From contig OZ218778.1 of the NCBI GenBank assembly GCA_965112635.1, positions 1,600,001-1,664,000 on the forward strand: DNA of 64,000 bases. Direction: 5' to 3'. Shown piece after piece: positions 29,263 to 39,688 of this stretch. This stretch comes from an uncultured bacterium (GTDB lineage: Bacteria > Oederibacteriota > Oederibacteriia > Oederibacteriales > Oederibacteriaceae). Made by a program: the position numbers and the translations under genes. Below the pieces are notes generated by a model that was not told where the DNA came from, did not search any database, and worked only from the letters and a program-made list of their open reading frames with translations. Position 1 is the first letter of the stretch; each line of letters begins with the position of its first letter.

Positions 29263-29535
29263 CTATTGCCCCCCCCTGTCTTCATAAATCCTGGCTTTAA
29301 GTGATTTTAGGTTTTGGTAAAAGGATTGTGGTTCAACCAGAAGAGAACGATTCCAGAAGGCGTCCACAGTGTTTTGAAACTCTAAGGATACTTTGAAAAG
29401 AAAAACAACATGTTTGGGGTTTTGGCGGTCTAACTCTACAGGAAAGATTGATTTGCAGGCTAAGCTGGCATTGCAGGCGATATCAGAAATTGGTACTAGT
29501 TTCCCATTTTCATGCGTTTTATTTGTATTCATCAA
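29263..29535 (-). CDS. Small phage-type protein (DUF5659-like)
   Basis: SDIACNASL...VVFLF...FWNRSLLVEPQSFYQNLKSLKARIY. Confidence 0.6.
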   Translation of the reverse strand: MMNTNKTHENGKLVPISDIACNASLACKSIFPVELDRQNPKHVVFLFKVSLEFQNTVDAFWNRSLLVEPQSFYQNLKSLKARIYEDRGGQ

Positions 29536-29575
29536 TATTCACCCTTGTGTTTTATTTGAAGCCTTCAACCTTAAT

Positions 29576-29707
29576 GGTAAATATTTACCGAAATGACTTA
29601 AATGATGGGAGAGTGTTGTAGCGGGGACAAAAAAAGGGTTGAAAATCAAAGAGAAATATATTGATAAAAATATTGATTCTTATTTCAAGGGTTGGTAAAT
29701 ATTTACC
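29576..29707. promoter_or_regulatory. Two perfect 14-bp palindromes GGTAAATATTTACC (operators)
   Basis: At 29576-29589 and 29694-29707, within 19-bp direct repeats. Confidence 0.7.
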
Positions 29708-29752
29708 GAAAGGGGGGAAAGAGGGGCATTAGAAAAGAATTTCTAATATGGA

Positions 29753-30739
29753 CTAAGATTCATCGTCAGTGTTTTTTTCTGGATTCTCTTGCGAATTTGA
29801 TTCACAAGGTTCAATGGTATCATTCCTCTTCATTAGGCTCTCAAAGTGCTTCCTAAGGTTCTCTGATAAAATTACATGGAATATTGTCTTGTATGAATGA
29901 TTTTTTTTGTATGGCTCAAAGGGATCGTCTTTGATATCAAAGATGCTTTGGAGAAGCTGCCTTAAATCGCTTACGTTTATTTTATCTATTTTGTCTTCTT
30001 CGCTGTCTTTTATGCCAATCTCTTCAAAATTCTTTGCAAATTTTGCCAGGGTTACCCATAATCGGTTGCCTTTCTGCGTTCTCTTGTCCAGCAAACCAAG
30101 TTCGGCTAAGGTATAATTCTTTTTTATTTCTTTCCCATTTATTTTTATATTCTCCAAGGACATTAGTTCAATAGTAATCTCATTCCATTGCAATCCTGGG
30201 GGAGAAGGGAAGCGGGTCACTTCTATGTGGTTCTTTACTAAGTCTCCATCCTGCGTATCAGATTCCTCAGATAATTTTAAGAGGGTTTCCCTAATCTCAT
30301 CCAGCTTTTCACCATTATCCTTACTTGATGAATTCATTTTTAATTGGATAATTTGTTCATTTACTTTGGTCGGAAATTTAAAAAAGTCGCTTTGCATTAT
30401 ATTTAGTATTGATTCTAATCCGATTACTTCCACTTTCAGAGATTGGTGAAAATACGGGATTTCTTCTTCCCAACTATAGTTTCGTAGATTTACTTGATAG
30501 GCTTTGTTGATAGCATTATTATAAATTTCTAACAAATGAAGATCCTGAAGCGACTTTAGTAAATACGCATTATATTCTGACCAGCTATTTTTTATTTCGC
30601 AGAGTTTCCAAAAGCAACTCTTTGCTTCAAGATAACCTTGGAGTTTGTAGGTATCAAGTGGAAGTGAATCGCTTAAAGCTTTACCCACCTCTATCTGTTT
30701 GATAATTGCATTAATGTAGGTTTTCTTTTTCATAGTCAT
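29753..30739 (-). CDS. Putative transcriptional regulator (helical N-domain + winged-helix-like C-domain)
   Basis: Homologous blocks with 8734-9550; lies just upstream of operators and the replication operon. Confidence 0.55.
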   Translation of the reverse strand: MTMKKKTYINAIIKQIEVGKALSDSLPLDTYKLQGYLEAKSCFWKLCEIKNSWSEYNAYLLKSLQDLHLLEIYNNAINKAYQVNLRNYSWEEEIPYFHQSLKVEVIGLESILNIMQSDFFKFPTKVNEQIIQLKMNSSSKDNGEKLDEIRETLLKLSEESDTQDGDLVKNHIEVTRFPSPPGLQWNEITIELMSLENIKINGKEIKKNYTLAELGLLDKRTQKGNRLWVTLAKFAKNFEEIGIKDSEEDKIDKINVSDLRQLLQSIFDIKDDPFEPYKKNHSYKTIFHVILSENLRKHFESLMKRNDTIEPCESNSQENPEKNTDDES

Positions 30740-30844
30740 AATACATTAAAATAACACCTTCGCATTGCTACTGCAATGAATGGCTTCTGGAAACAAAAAG
30801 ACAAGACACCCCATAAAAGGCAGCCTGCGTTTTGTTTCCGATTT

Positions 30845-31216
30845 CTATTTAATCATTGAATTATCACTAACAGAGGCGAGTTTGTTTGCAGAATCAAAAT
30901 TCCAGACCATAGAACAAACGAAACATGCGCCCGCTCCAAATAAAAAGATTTTATTATCAGGCTGATTGACTGAGGCAATAACAAACCCATAGGAAATAAT
31001 ACTGCTCCAAAGCGCATATTGCTGTAACTGGCCAGCCTCCCTTATGAGTTTGAAATTATTATTAACTACTTCTGGTTTTAAATCCGCTATTACTGATTGG
31101 CTGGCATCTTCAAGTAGAATATCTCCGTTCTTTAAACGAATCTGTCCTGCGAAGGCAAGGATGACCGTGGAGAAAACACAAAGGGAATAGAGTAGGAAGG
31201 TGATAAAAATTTTCAC
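30845..31216 (-). CDS. Membrane protein
   Basis: Signal peptide and TM segments. Confidence 0.55.
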   Translation of the reverse strand: MKIFITFLLYSLCVFSTVILAFAGQIRLKNGDILLEDASQSVIADLKPEVVNNNFKLIREAGQLQQYALWSSIISYGFVIASVNQPDNKIFLFGAGACFVCSMVWNFDSANKLASVSDNSMIK

Positions 31217-31665
31217 CAGTTTTTATTTTCTGTTTGGGAAAGATAGAAAATTAATTTGTCACCAAGCTTTTGAAATTCGATCAAACATTTATCCATTACT
31301 AATTTAGTGGTAATTGGACCAATATCCTTTGCCTGTAAGTTTTTAAACGTCATTCTAATTTTATTGTTTTTAATATCAATGATTAAGGTATAGCTGACAT
31401 CAAAAGTTATAAGACCATTAAAAATAGAAGTAACGCCATTACCAATAATTTTCCCATTTTCTTTATCTTTTAATTCAATGACAGCTTTTGAGGAAACAAA
31501 TGTTTCCGCCATCCACGCTAAGGTTTTATCGAATAATTGGTCCTTATTTAATCCAGGAACATCGTAGGTTTGTTCATGGGATCTTTGCGCCTCTGGTATG
31601 GTTTCCATTCCAGCGCAACCAAATATTGAAATGATGACAAAAATGCCCAGGATAAGTTTCTTCAT
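31213..31665 (-). CDS. Lipoprotein (DUF4468-like)
   Basis: Lipobox IFGC; KDQLFDKTLAW...VIELKDKENGKIIGNG. Confidence 0.7.
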   Translation of the reverse strand: MKKLILGIFVIISIFGCAGMETIPEAQRSHEQTYDVPGLNKDQLFDKTLAWMAETFVSSKAVIELKDKENGKIIGNGVTSIFNGLITFDVSYTLIIDIKNNKIRMTFKNLQAKDIGPITTKLVMDKCLIEFQKLGDKLIFYLSQTENKNW

Positions 31666-31674
31666 TGAACCTCC

Positions 31675-31911
31675 TTATTTGGATAGATCCTTGATGAGCT
31701 TCTGCCCCATAGGAGAGTCAGCCGGTATCATTGAGTCGCCCTTACAATTAGGGCAGGCATTGTACTTGCTGATCATGCGCCATACGGAATAACAGAAGCC
31801 GGGGACAAATAGACAGCACCATAAAACAATTTCAACCAAAATACTTCCCTTAGCTACCTTTTTTGGTTTGCCAGAATAGCCACATTTTGTGCATACAAAC
31901 TCTTTAACCAT
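31675..31911 (-). CDS. Zinc-ribbon membrane protein
   Basis: CTKCG...TM...CPNC; GGAGG RBS. Confidence 0.7.
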   Translation of the reverse strand: MVKEFVCTKCGYSGKPKKVAKGSILVEIVLWCCLFVPGFCYSVWRMISKYNACPNCKGDSMIPADSPMGQKLIKDLSK

Positions 31912-31986
31912 GTTTGACCTCCTTTTGTATGTGGTTTGTGCTCCATAGAGCACTACATTACCATTTATGTTTGCTAGCCTCAAGTC

Positions 31987-32187
31987 ATGAAAATAGAAAA
32001 GAGATTGAGCGATAAGATCAAGATTTTAATTAAAAAACAGGGAATAACAGCCGAAAAGGTTGCATTTATCGCAGGAATTAGTAAAAGCTATCTATCCGCG
32101 GTTCTACGCTGCAAGAAATCACCCACTGTAAGAACCCTGGCAAAGATCGCAGAAGCCCTGGAAGTAGATATCAAGGAACTGTTTTAG
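31987..32187 (+). CDS. XRE HTH regulator (R-M controller-protein-like)
   Basis: GITAEKVAFIAGISKSYLS...SPTVRTLAKIAEAL. Confidence 0.85.
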   Translation: MKIEKRLSDKIKILIKKQGITAEKVAFIAGISKSYLSAVLRCKKSPTVRTLAKIAEALEVDIKELF

Positions 32188-32475
32188 TCTGTCGTAGTAG
32201 ATAATCCCACCCGATGGAGTCAAATTTCTAGATTTTGTCCATTATTAACCAGTTAGAAACCTTATTTTTATCCATTATTTTTCCTGCTAATTAGACATTC
32301 AAGTTAGCGGACAAATTGGCCCGTTGGCTTGACCTCAAATCTGAGCCGAAAATAGCGGGATCATGAAGGTAATTTGATCCAATGCTTTCAGAAGGGGCGC
32401 TGGTGGGATAGAATGACAATATAGTTTTAGGTGAGCAGTGAATTAGGGCGCAAACGAAAAAGACAGGGAGAAAAA

Positions 32476-33231
32476 ATGAGTAAAGAGGGAATAATAGAAG
32501 AATTAATAAAATTCAATAAAGACGTTTATAAGTATTTTGATGACAGGGATGATGATGGTTCTATGCAAGACCCCAATATTAAACCCCTTGAATTTGTATT
32601 TGGTGTAATTTTAGATCAGGGGATCAAATATGAGAGAGCCTGGAATGCACCCTATATTTTAAAAAAGAGGATGGGTCATTTAGATATTAATAAAATTGCA
32701 AAAATGAACCCAAAAGATTTGGAAAAGTATATGTTTGATATAAAGCCGGCACTGCATAGGTATCGGTTTATGGCAGATAGACTAATCAGGGCATGTGAAT
32801 TGATAAGTGAAAGGTATGATGGAGATGCTAGAAAAATATGGAATTGTAAGAATCTCTCTGCAAAAGACATTGAAAATAGATTTAGTGAGTTTGCGCAAAT
32901 TGGTCAGAAAAAAGCTTCTATGGCGGTGAACATTCTTGTAAGAGATTGGGACATCAAAATAGCTGGTCCCAAAAAGTTTATTGATATTTCATATGATATT
33001 CATGTGCGTAGAGTATTTCTGCGAACCGGTTTAATTCAAAAAGATAAGGAAAGTATCCTTATTGATGCTGCAATAAAACTTAATCCTGATTATCCAGGCG
33101 AACTTGATATGCCGTCGTGGACAATTGGCAAGAATTGGTGCCGACCCAAAAAACCTGATTGTATTAAATGTCCAATAAAGAATGTTTGTCCTAAAAAGAC
33201 CAATGTCGCTGTGCCAAAGGGAAATGAATAA
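32476..33231 (+). CDS. HhH-GPD DNA glycosylase / endonuclease III-like protein with 4Fe-4S cluster
   Basis: QIGQKKA hairpin, DIHVRRVFLRTG, CRPKKPDCIKCPIKNVC. Confidence 0.85.
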   Translation: MSKEGIIEELIKFNKDVYKYFDDRDDDGSMQDPNIKPLEFVFGVILDQGIKYERAWNAPYILKKRMGHLDINKIAKMNPKDLEKYMFDIKPALHRYRFMADRLIRACELISERYDGDARKIWNCKNLSAKDIENRFSEFAQIGQKKASMAVNILVRDWDIKIAGPKKFIDISYDIHVRRVFLRTGLIQKDKESILIDAAIKLNPDYPGELDMPSWTIGKNWCRPKKPDCIKCPIKNVCPKKTNVAVPKGNE

Positions 33232-33314
33232 TGAAAGGGGCGGGTAAAGGGGTAAAATCAAGGAATGCTTTTAGGTTAGGCGCAGTTAAAGTTTCATTAT
33301 GAAGGAGTAGTTAT

Positions 33315-36300
33315 TTGAAAGAACCAATTATTGAAAATCCGGTAATTAATTCGCCCTACGAAGAGCCCAAAAGACATTTCAAGTTCTCCGATGAGGGGAT
33401 CACCGATCAGAAAACCGAATCCCGCCGTGTTAGTGCCTATTTTGTCCCAATTGCTAAACCTAAATCCAAAGGTAAACAGCTAAATTTTGAGACTGGATGG
33501 ACACAGGACAGAGTCCAGGAAAATATATTCATCAACCGTGTCCGAGGCTGCATATCCAAATGGCGTCAGGGTGGTTATCCGGGGGTTACCAAAACTACTG
33601 CCAGACTTCTTGAACATTGGAAGAATCCAGAGAGAGACAAACGATTATTCTTCTGCCAGATCGAGGCTATGGAAACCGCGATCTATATCACTGAGGTGGC
33701 CTCCAAATACGGTGACGCTTGGATCGAGAGCGAACTCCAGACAGCCAATGAACAGGGAAATTCTGACCTCAATCGTATGGCCTTTAAAATGGCAACGGGC
33801 AGCGGTAAGACCGTGGTCATGGCCATGCTGATAGCCTGGAATGCGCTCAATAAACAAGCTAATCCTCAGGACGCCCGATACTCGGATACTTTTCTCATCG
33901 TTACGCCGGGCATCACTATCAGAGACCGTTTGCGTGTTTTGCTTCCACATGACCCGGAAAATTATTATCGCAAATGGGACATCCTGCCCGAAGACGATGC
34001 TTTGGCCTTGGGAAACGCGAAAGTATTGGTAACCAATTTTCACACCTTCCTTTATAGAGAGACTATGGATGCGTCCAAACTGGCCAAGCAGATCCTTTCA
34101 CGACATGGCCGTCCCGGAGCGTTGACCGAAACACCCGATCAGATGGTTCGCAGGGCCTGCCGTGAGTTGGGCAATAAGAAAAATATCGTGGTTATCAATG
34201 ACGAGGCGCATCACTGTTATCGCCATAAGGAAATTGAGAACCAAGAGGCGTTGGTAGGTGATGACCGTAAGGAGATGGAAAAGCGTGAGGAGGAGGCCAG
34301 GATATGGATCAATGGCCTGGAGGCAGTGAAAAATAAAATCGGTTTAAAGAGTGTTTACGACCTTTCAGCCACACCATTTTTCCTCAAAGGTTCTGGCTTT
34401 GAGGAGGGGACGCTTTTTCCCTGGGTGGTATCAGACTTCTCGCTGATTGATGCCATAGAGAGCGGCATTGTCAAAGTTCCCCGCGTTCCCGTGGCAGACG
34501 ACAGCATGACCGGGGAGATGCCGACCTATCGCAGTATTTGGTATCGGATACGGGACCATCTACCTAAAAAGGGTAGAAGGACCGAAAAAACCACAGGCGA
34601 CCCCAATCCTCCCAAAGAACTTGAGGGCGCTTTGCAGAGTTTATATGGCAACTACGAAAAGTATTATCGGGAGTGGGAGAAAAATAAAGAGGCTATCAGC
34701 CGGGGCATAACCCCGCCTGTTTTTATAGTGGTATGCAATAACACAAATGTCTCAAAGCTCGTTTACGACTATATTTCCGGCTGGGAAAAAGAGCTGAAAG
34801 ACGGCACGGTCAAGGTTGTGCCGGGCAAACTTCCTATATTTAATAACGAGGACCATGGGCAGTGGCGCGACCGACCCTACACCATCCTTATTGACAGCGA
34901 ACAATTGGAGTCAGGCGAAGCTCTTAGCTCTGAGTTCAAAAAGATAGCTGGGGCTGAAATAGATAAGTTCAAGGATGAGTACCGACAGCGGTTCCCGGGC
35001 CGGGATGTGGACCAGATAGAGGATTCGGAGATATTGCGCGAGGTTATGAACACCGTGGGCAAGGCCGGTAAATTGGGTGAGCATGTCCGTTGTGTGGTCT
35101 CAGTATCCATGTTGACTGAGGGCTGGGATGCCAATACCGTGACCCATATTTTAGGAGTCAGGGCTTTTGGGACACAGCTTCTTTGCGAGCAAGTCATCGG
35201 CCGGGGTTTGAGGCGCAGGAGTTATGCCGTAAATGGTAAGGGTATGTTTGAACCTGAATACGCCGAGGTCTATGGTGTGCCGTTCTCCTTTATTCCGTGT
35301 TCTGGTTCCAGTACGCAGATCAAATTGGGAGTTCAGCCCACGCATGTCCGCGCCTTGGAAGAGCGTATTGCTCTTGAGATCACTTTTCCCAGGGTTATGG
35401 GATATCGCTGGGATATGCCTAGCGAGAAGCTTACGGCAAAGTTTAACGAATCATCCAACCTTGCTCTTTCAACCCAGGATGTTCCTTCCTGGACCAAGAA
35501 CGAGCCTATTATTGGGGAATCATCGGTTCATAAGCTGGATGAGCTTAAAAATAGGCGTATGCAAGAGGTAGCGTTCCTTCTCGCTAAGCTGACCCTGGAA
35601 AAATACTACCGGCTGGAAAGTGATAAAAGGGATGAGAAGACCAAAGAACATAAATTTAGTTCTGATGTTAAATCATGGCTTTTCCCTCAACTGTTGGAAA
35701 TATCGCGGCAATGGCTGGATAAGTGTGTAGTCTGCAAGGACAATACCTTTCCGCAGATGCTTCTCCTGATGGAGCTGGCCCATGATGCCTCGGACAGGAT
35801 ATATCATTCCATCGTGGAGGGTATAACGGGCGAAAAAAATCTGCGGCCCATTCTCCGTCCCTATGACACCGTTGGTTCCACCCGCTATGTTGATTTTGAC
35901 ACGATAAAACCGGTTTATCCTACCAATGAAAAATACTGCCATGTCTCCCATGTGGTAACTGATACCGGGTCTTGGGAGCAAAAAATGGCTCAGGGCATAG
36001 AGGAATTGGCTGATGAGGGAATCGTAAAATGTTATGTGAAAAACCAAGGGTTTGGATTCAGGATACCCTATACACTTAGTGGGGAAGAGCATAATTACGA
36101 GCCTGATTTTATCCTTCGCATCAATGACGGACGAGGCGTGGACGATCTATTGAACCTTATCGTAGAGGTAACAGGGGAGAAAAAGAAAGACAAGGCAGCC
36201 AAGACCGCCACAGCCAGGGATTTCTGGGTCCCAGCCATTAACAATCAAGGCGGTTTTGGCCGCTGGGCATTCCTAGAGGTCACAGATCCCTGGGATGGGA

Positions 36301-36347
36301 AAAATTCTATAAAGTCAGCGATTAAGAGGACTAAATCAAATGTGTAA
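33315..36347 (+). CDS. res: Type III restriction enzyme Res subunit
   Basis: MATGSGKT, DEAHH, SAT, LTEGWD, QVIGRGLR, C-terminal PDF...IVEV nuclease. Confidence 0.9.
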   Translation: MKEPIIENPVINSPYEEPKRHFKFSDEGITDQKTESRRVSAYFVPIAKPKSKGKQLNFETGWTQDRVQENIFINRVRGCISKWRQGGYPGVTKTTARLLEHWKNPERDKRLFFCQIEAMETAIYITEVASKYGDAWIESELQTANEQGNSDLNRMAFKMATGSGKTVVMAMLIAWNALNKQANPQDARYSDTFLIVTPGITIRDRLRVLLPHDPENYYRKWDILPEDDALALGNAKVLVTNFHTFLYRETMDASKLAKQILSRHGRPGALTETPDQMVRRACRELGNKKNIVVINDEAHHCYRHKEIENQEALVGDDRKEMEKREEEARIWINGLEAVKNKIGLKSVYDLSATPFFLKGSGFEEGTLFPWVVSDFSLIDAIESGIVKVPRVPVADDSMTGEMPTYRSIWYRIRDHLPKKGRRTEKTTGDPNPPKELEGALQSLYGNYEKYYREWEKNKEAISRGITPPVFIVVCNNTNVSKLVYDYISGWEKELKDGTVKVVPGKLPIFNNEDHGQWRDRPYTILIDSEQLESGEALSSEFKKIAGAEIDKFKDEYRQRFPGRDVDQIEDSEILREVMNTVGKAGKLGEHVRCVVSVSMLTEGWDANTVTHILGVRAFGTQLLCEQVIGRGLRRRSYAVNGKGMFEPEYAEVYGVPFSFIPCSGSSTQIKLGVQPTHVRALEERIALEITFPRVMGYRWDMPSEKLTAKFNESSNLALSTQDVPSWTKNEPIIGESSVHKLDELKNRRMQEVAFLLAKLTLEKYYRLESDKRDEKTKEHKFSSDVKSWLFPQLLEISRQWLDKCVVCKDNTFPQMLLLMELAHDASDRIYHSIVEGITGEKNLRPILRPYDTVGSTRYVDFDTIKPVYPTNEKYCHVSHVVTDTGSWEQKMAQGIEELADEGIVKCYVKNQGFGFRIPYTLSGEEHNYEPDFILRINDGRGVDDLLNLIVEVTGEKKKDKAAKTATARDFWVPAINNQGGFGRWAFLEVTDPWDGKNSIKSAIKRTKSNV

Positions 36348-36987
36348 TGTGATTAAAAGTGAATCAATCACTGCTATAGCAACAGTATCTTTAGCCATAA
36401 TAGCCTATTGGCAGTTGCACAAAGCCAACCTTATTTCCAGTGTGGATTTTGTAAACAGATTGAATAAGGAATTTTTTACAGAAAAAGCATATGACATATG
36501 TAACTGCTTGGCTGATGATTTAATTGAATTTCGTTATAAATCTGAGGATTTCATTATTAAAACGAATAAAAAAAGATTGAAAGAAATGGGATTCAAAACC
36601 AATATTCTTTCCACGGAGGATGTAGACGAGGTTCTCCTGGATCACTTCGAGGATGTTGGTTATTACGAGAAGCGTGGAATTATAAAAATAGATTTTGTTT
36701 ATGAATCTTTTAGTTGGTATATAGACGAATGTGGAAAAAGTTTAGGCATCCGAAAATATATTATAAATCAGCGCAAGGAAGAAGGCTGCGAAGACCTCTA
36801 TGATAATTTTGAATATATTTATAGAAAGTGTGAAAATTATGGTTTCACAAAAAATAATCACAAATCCTTTTATTATGGATGGTTTTCTTCTTGGAAAATT
36901 TTATGGAAATTTAAATGGTGGTTTCGATACTCAATTTGCCAGAATATTTTTGGAATAAGATGGTTTCCAAAGTGGGAGGAGGAATAA
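36340..36987 (+). CDS. Membrane-anchored hypothetical protein (DUF4760-like) between res and mod
   Basis: N-terminal TM; LDHFEDVGYYEKRGII. Confidence 0.6.
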   Translation: MCNVIKSESITAIATVSLAIIAYWQLHKANLISSVDFVNRLNKEFFTEKAYDICNCLADDLIEFRYKSEDFIIKTNKKRLKEMGFKTNILSTEDVDEVLLDHFEDVGYYEKRGIIKIDFVYESFSWYIDECGKSLGIRKYIINQRKEEGCEDLYDNFEYIYRKCENYGFTKNNHKSFYYGWFSSWKILWKFKWWFRYSICQNIFGIRWFPKWEEE

Positions 36988-39654
36988 ATGCCACGGGGAA
37001 GAAAGAAAAAAATATCTATACCAATAGAGAATGTTAAACATAAAGACAAAAGGACTAATATCCCCACAAGGGAATTACAGAGTTTTGTGAAAGAGGACGA
37101 GGCTAAACCCAAAGTTATTCTCTATCCCCGTGATACTTCTCTCGATCCCCAGCTTGTTTGGAAAGGTAAAGACGAACAAGACTCCAAAGACCTGGCTGTT
37201 CCAGCGGTCCCTGTCTATATCCAGGAGAAAATCCATCCCCGCGTCATCATTGAGGACCTCAAAAAACATCAGCCCAAAGACAGCGGCCCTGTGCCACAAC
37301 TTGGCCTTTTTGGGGATTTCAACGGCCTGCCTTTTGAGGAACAGATTGATTTTTATCATCATCAAAATCACTGGACTAATCGCATGATTCTCGGTGATTC
37401 TCTTCTGGTTATGAATTCATTAGCGGAGAAGGAGGGGCTCAAAGGTAAGGTTCAAATGATTTATATTGATCCACCATATGGGATTAAATTTAACTCTAAT
37501 TGGCAGGTATCAACTCGAAAACATGATTTAAAAGATGGAAAAGTGGAAGATGCTACTCGTCAACCTGAACAGGTTAAAGCATACCGTGACTCATGGGAAC
37601 TTGGTATTCATTCATATCTTTCATATTTACGTGACAGATTTATTGTTGCTCGTGAGCATCTCACAGAATCTGGTTCGCTATTTGTTCAGATAAATTCCGA
37701 GAATAGCCACCTCGTGGCTATGGTGTTGGATGAGGTTTTTGGGAGTGATAATTTTGTTGCAAATATCATTTTCCGTAAGAAAAGTCTTCCACTGGGTGCA
37801 AAATTGCTAGAAACAATGCATGACCATATTCTATTTTATGCTAAGGATCGGAATGTGGTGAAGTATCGAGAGCTTTATGAATATATGGAAAATGTTACGG
37901 CCCATTGGCGTTTTGCTGAATTGCCTGATGGTCAGATTTTGAATATAAAGTCATCTGATTTCATGAGCAAAGAACATCCTAATGGAACACGTTATTTTAG
38001 ATCGTTTTCATTAATTGCTCCGTCGTATTCTGAAAATACTAATTTTAAATATAAATACGAGGGCCATGTTTATTCACCACCTAGTGGTGGGTCATGGGTA
38101 GTTAGCAAGGAAAAGCTAGATAGCCTTGTTAGAGCTGGAAGAATCCAAGTCGAGGGAGAAAGTTTAAGTTATAAACTTTATCACGACGATTTTCCGTTTC
38201 GTAAAATTACAAATCTTTGGTCGGATGTAGGAGTCTCATATGAAAAAATATATGCCGTTCAAACAACTCCTCAAATAATTGAGAGATGTCTTTTAATGTC
38301 TACTGATCCTGGTGATTTAGTTTTAGATCCTACTTGTGGTAGTGGTACAACGGCATATGTAGCGGAAGAGTGGGGAAGACGATGGATTACTATAGATACT
38401 TCCCGTGTTGCTGTGGCTTTAGCGAGAACACGTCTCATGGCAGCAAGATATCCATACTACATACTGACAGATTCACCAGAGGGAATTAGTAAAGAGGCAG
38501 AGGTAACTGGCAAAGTTCCCTTAGGCAGTATTAAAACAGAGAGCGATGTAAAGAAGGGTTTTGTTTATGAGCGTGTGGCTCATGTTACCCTTAAATCTAT
38601 AGCTAATAATTCCGATATTAAGGAGGGGATGAGCCGGGCTGAGGTAGATGTGGCTATTGCCAAACATGCGGATACCGAGCTTTTATACGATAAACCCTAT
38701 GAGGATAACAAACGAGTGAGGGTCAGCGGACCGTTTACTGTAGAGAGCTTATCGCCTCACCGCGTTCTTTCCTCGGATGAAGAACGGCCGGCATCTGAAA
38801 AGGGCGCAGGCGATACCAGCGGAGCTGGGCAGTTTGAGACTATGATTACGGATAACCTCAAAAAAGCCGGTGTGCAAAACACTGTCCGCAATGAACGTCT
38901 TACCTTTGACCGGCTGGAACCTTTTGCCGGTATTTATATCCATGCCGCGGGGGAATATACTGAAAACAAGATTTCCAAACGGGTTGCGGTGTGTATTGGC
39001 CCTGAACATAGCACAGTGGGGCCGGAACTCATCAAAGACGCAGCCAAGGAGGCGATGCAGGGAGTTGGATTTGACCTTTTGCTAGTCTGTGGGTTTGCCT
39101 TTGACGCCCATGCCAGCGAGACGGTAAAACAGCTTCAGCCCACAGCCGAGGTGAAGAAAGGGGTAGTGGCTGAATCCAGCAAGCAGTATGGGAAGCTGAC
39201 CGTATTGTTAGCCCGGATGAATCCTGACCTTGCTATGGGTGATGACTTGCTCAAAAAGACCGGCGCAGGGAATCTCTTTATGGTCTTTGGCGAGCCGGAT
39301 GTTGAGATTAAAAAGCAAAAGGACGGCCGTTTCATAGCGACCATCAAGGGTGTTGATGTTTACGACCCCACGACCGGACAGGTCAGAAACCATACGACTG
39401 ATGACATCGCCTGCTGGTTCATTGATACCAGTTACAACGAAGAATCCTTTTTCGTCCGTCATGCCTATTTCTGCGGAGCCGATGAGCCCTACGATAAACT
39501 CAAACGCGCCCTGCGTGCCGAGATCAACGAATCAGCCTGGTCCACGCTTTACTCTACCGAGAGCCGCCCCTTTGACCCTCCTCAAACCGGCAAAATTGCA
39601 GTAAAGGTTATCAATCATTATGGGGATGAGGTGCTAAAGGTATATAAAATTTAA
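36988..39654 (+). CDS. mod: Type III R-M Mod adenine methyltransferase
   Basis: YIDPPYG, LDPTCGSGTT, C-terminal KIAVKVINHYGDE. Confidence 0.9.
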   Translation: MPRGRKKKISIPIENVKHKDKRTNIPTRELQSFVKEDEAKPKVILYPRDTSLDPQLVWKGKDEQDSKDLAVPAVPVYIQEKIHPRVIIEDLKKHQPKDSGPVPQLGLFGDFNGLPFEEQIDFYHHQNHWTNRMILGDSLLVMNSLAEKEGLKGKVQMIYIDPPYGIKFNSNWQVSTRKHDLKDGKVEDATRQPEQVKAYRDSWELGIHSYLSYLRDRFIVAREHLTESGSLFVQINSENSHLVAMVLDEVFGSDNFVANIIFRKKSLPLGAKLLETMHDHILFYAKDRNVVKYRELYEYMENVTAHWRFAELPDGQILNIKSSDFMSKEHPNGTRYFRSFSLIAPSYSENTNFKYKYEGHVYSPPSGGSWVVSKEKLDSLVRAGRIQVEGESLSYKLYHDDFPFRKITNLWSDVGVSYEKIYAVQTTPQIIERCLLMSTDPGDLVLDPTCGSGTTAYVAEEWGRRWITIDTSRVAVALARTRLMAARYPYYILTDSPEGISKEAEVTGKVPLGSIKTESDVKKGFVYERVAHVTLKSIANNSDIKEGMSRAEVDVAIAKHADTELLYDKPYEDNKRVRVSGPFTVESLSPHRVLSSDEERPASEKGAGDTSGAGQFETMITDNLKKAGVQNTVRNERLTFDRLEPFAGIYIHAAGEYTENKISKRVAVCIGPEHSTVGPELIKDAAKEAMQGVGFDLLLVCGFAFDAHASETVKQLQPTAEVKKGVVAESSKQYGKLTVLLARMNPDLAMGDDLLKKTGAGNLFMVFGEPDVEIKKQKDGRFIATIKGVDVYDPTTGQVRNHTTDDIACWFIDTSYNEESFFVRHAYFCGADEPYDKLKRALRAEINESAWSTLYSTESRPFDPPQTGKIAVKVINHYGDEVLKVYKI

Positions 39655-39688
39655 GTTTAAATAATTAGGCATTAAAGGATATAAATTC

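Noticed and set aside
33227-33300. GTTAGGC plus a short inverted repeat suggesting an integron attC site
   Set aside because: No matching RYYYAAC end, no long imperfect hairpin, no IntI-type integrase, not repeated between genes
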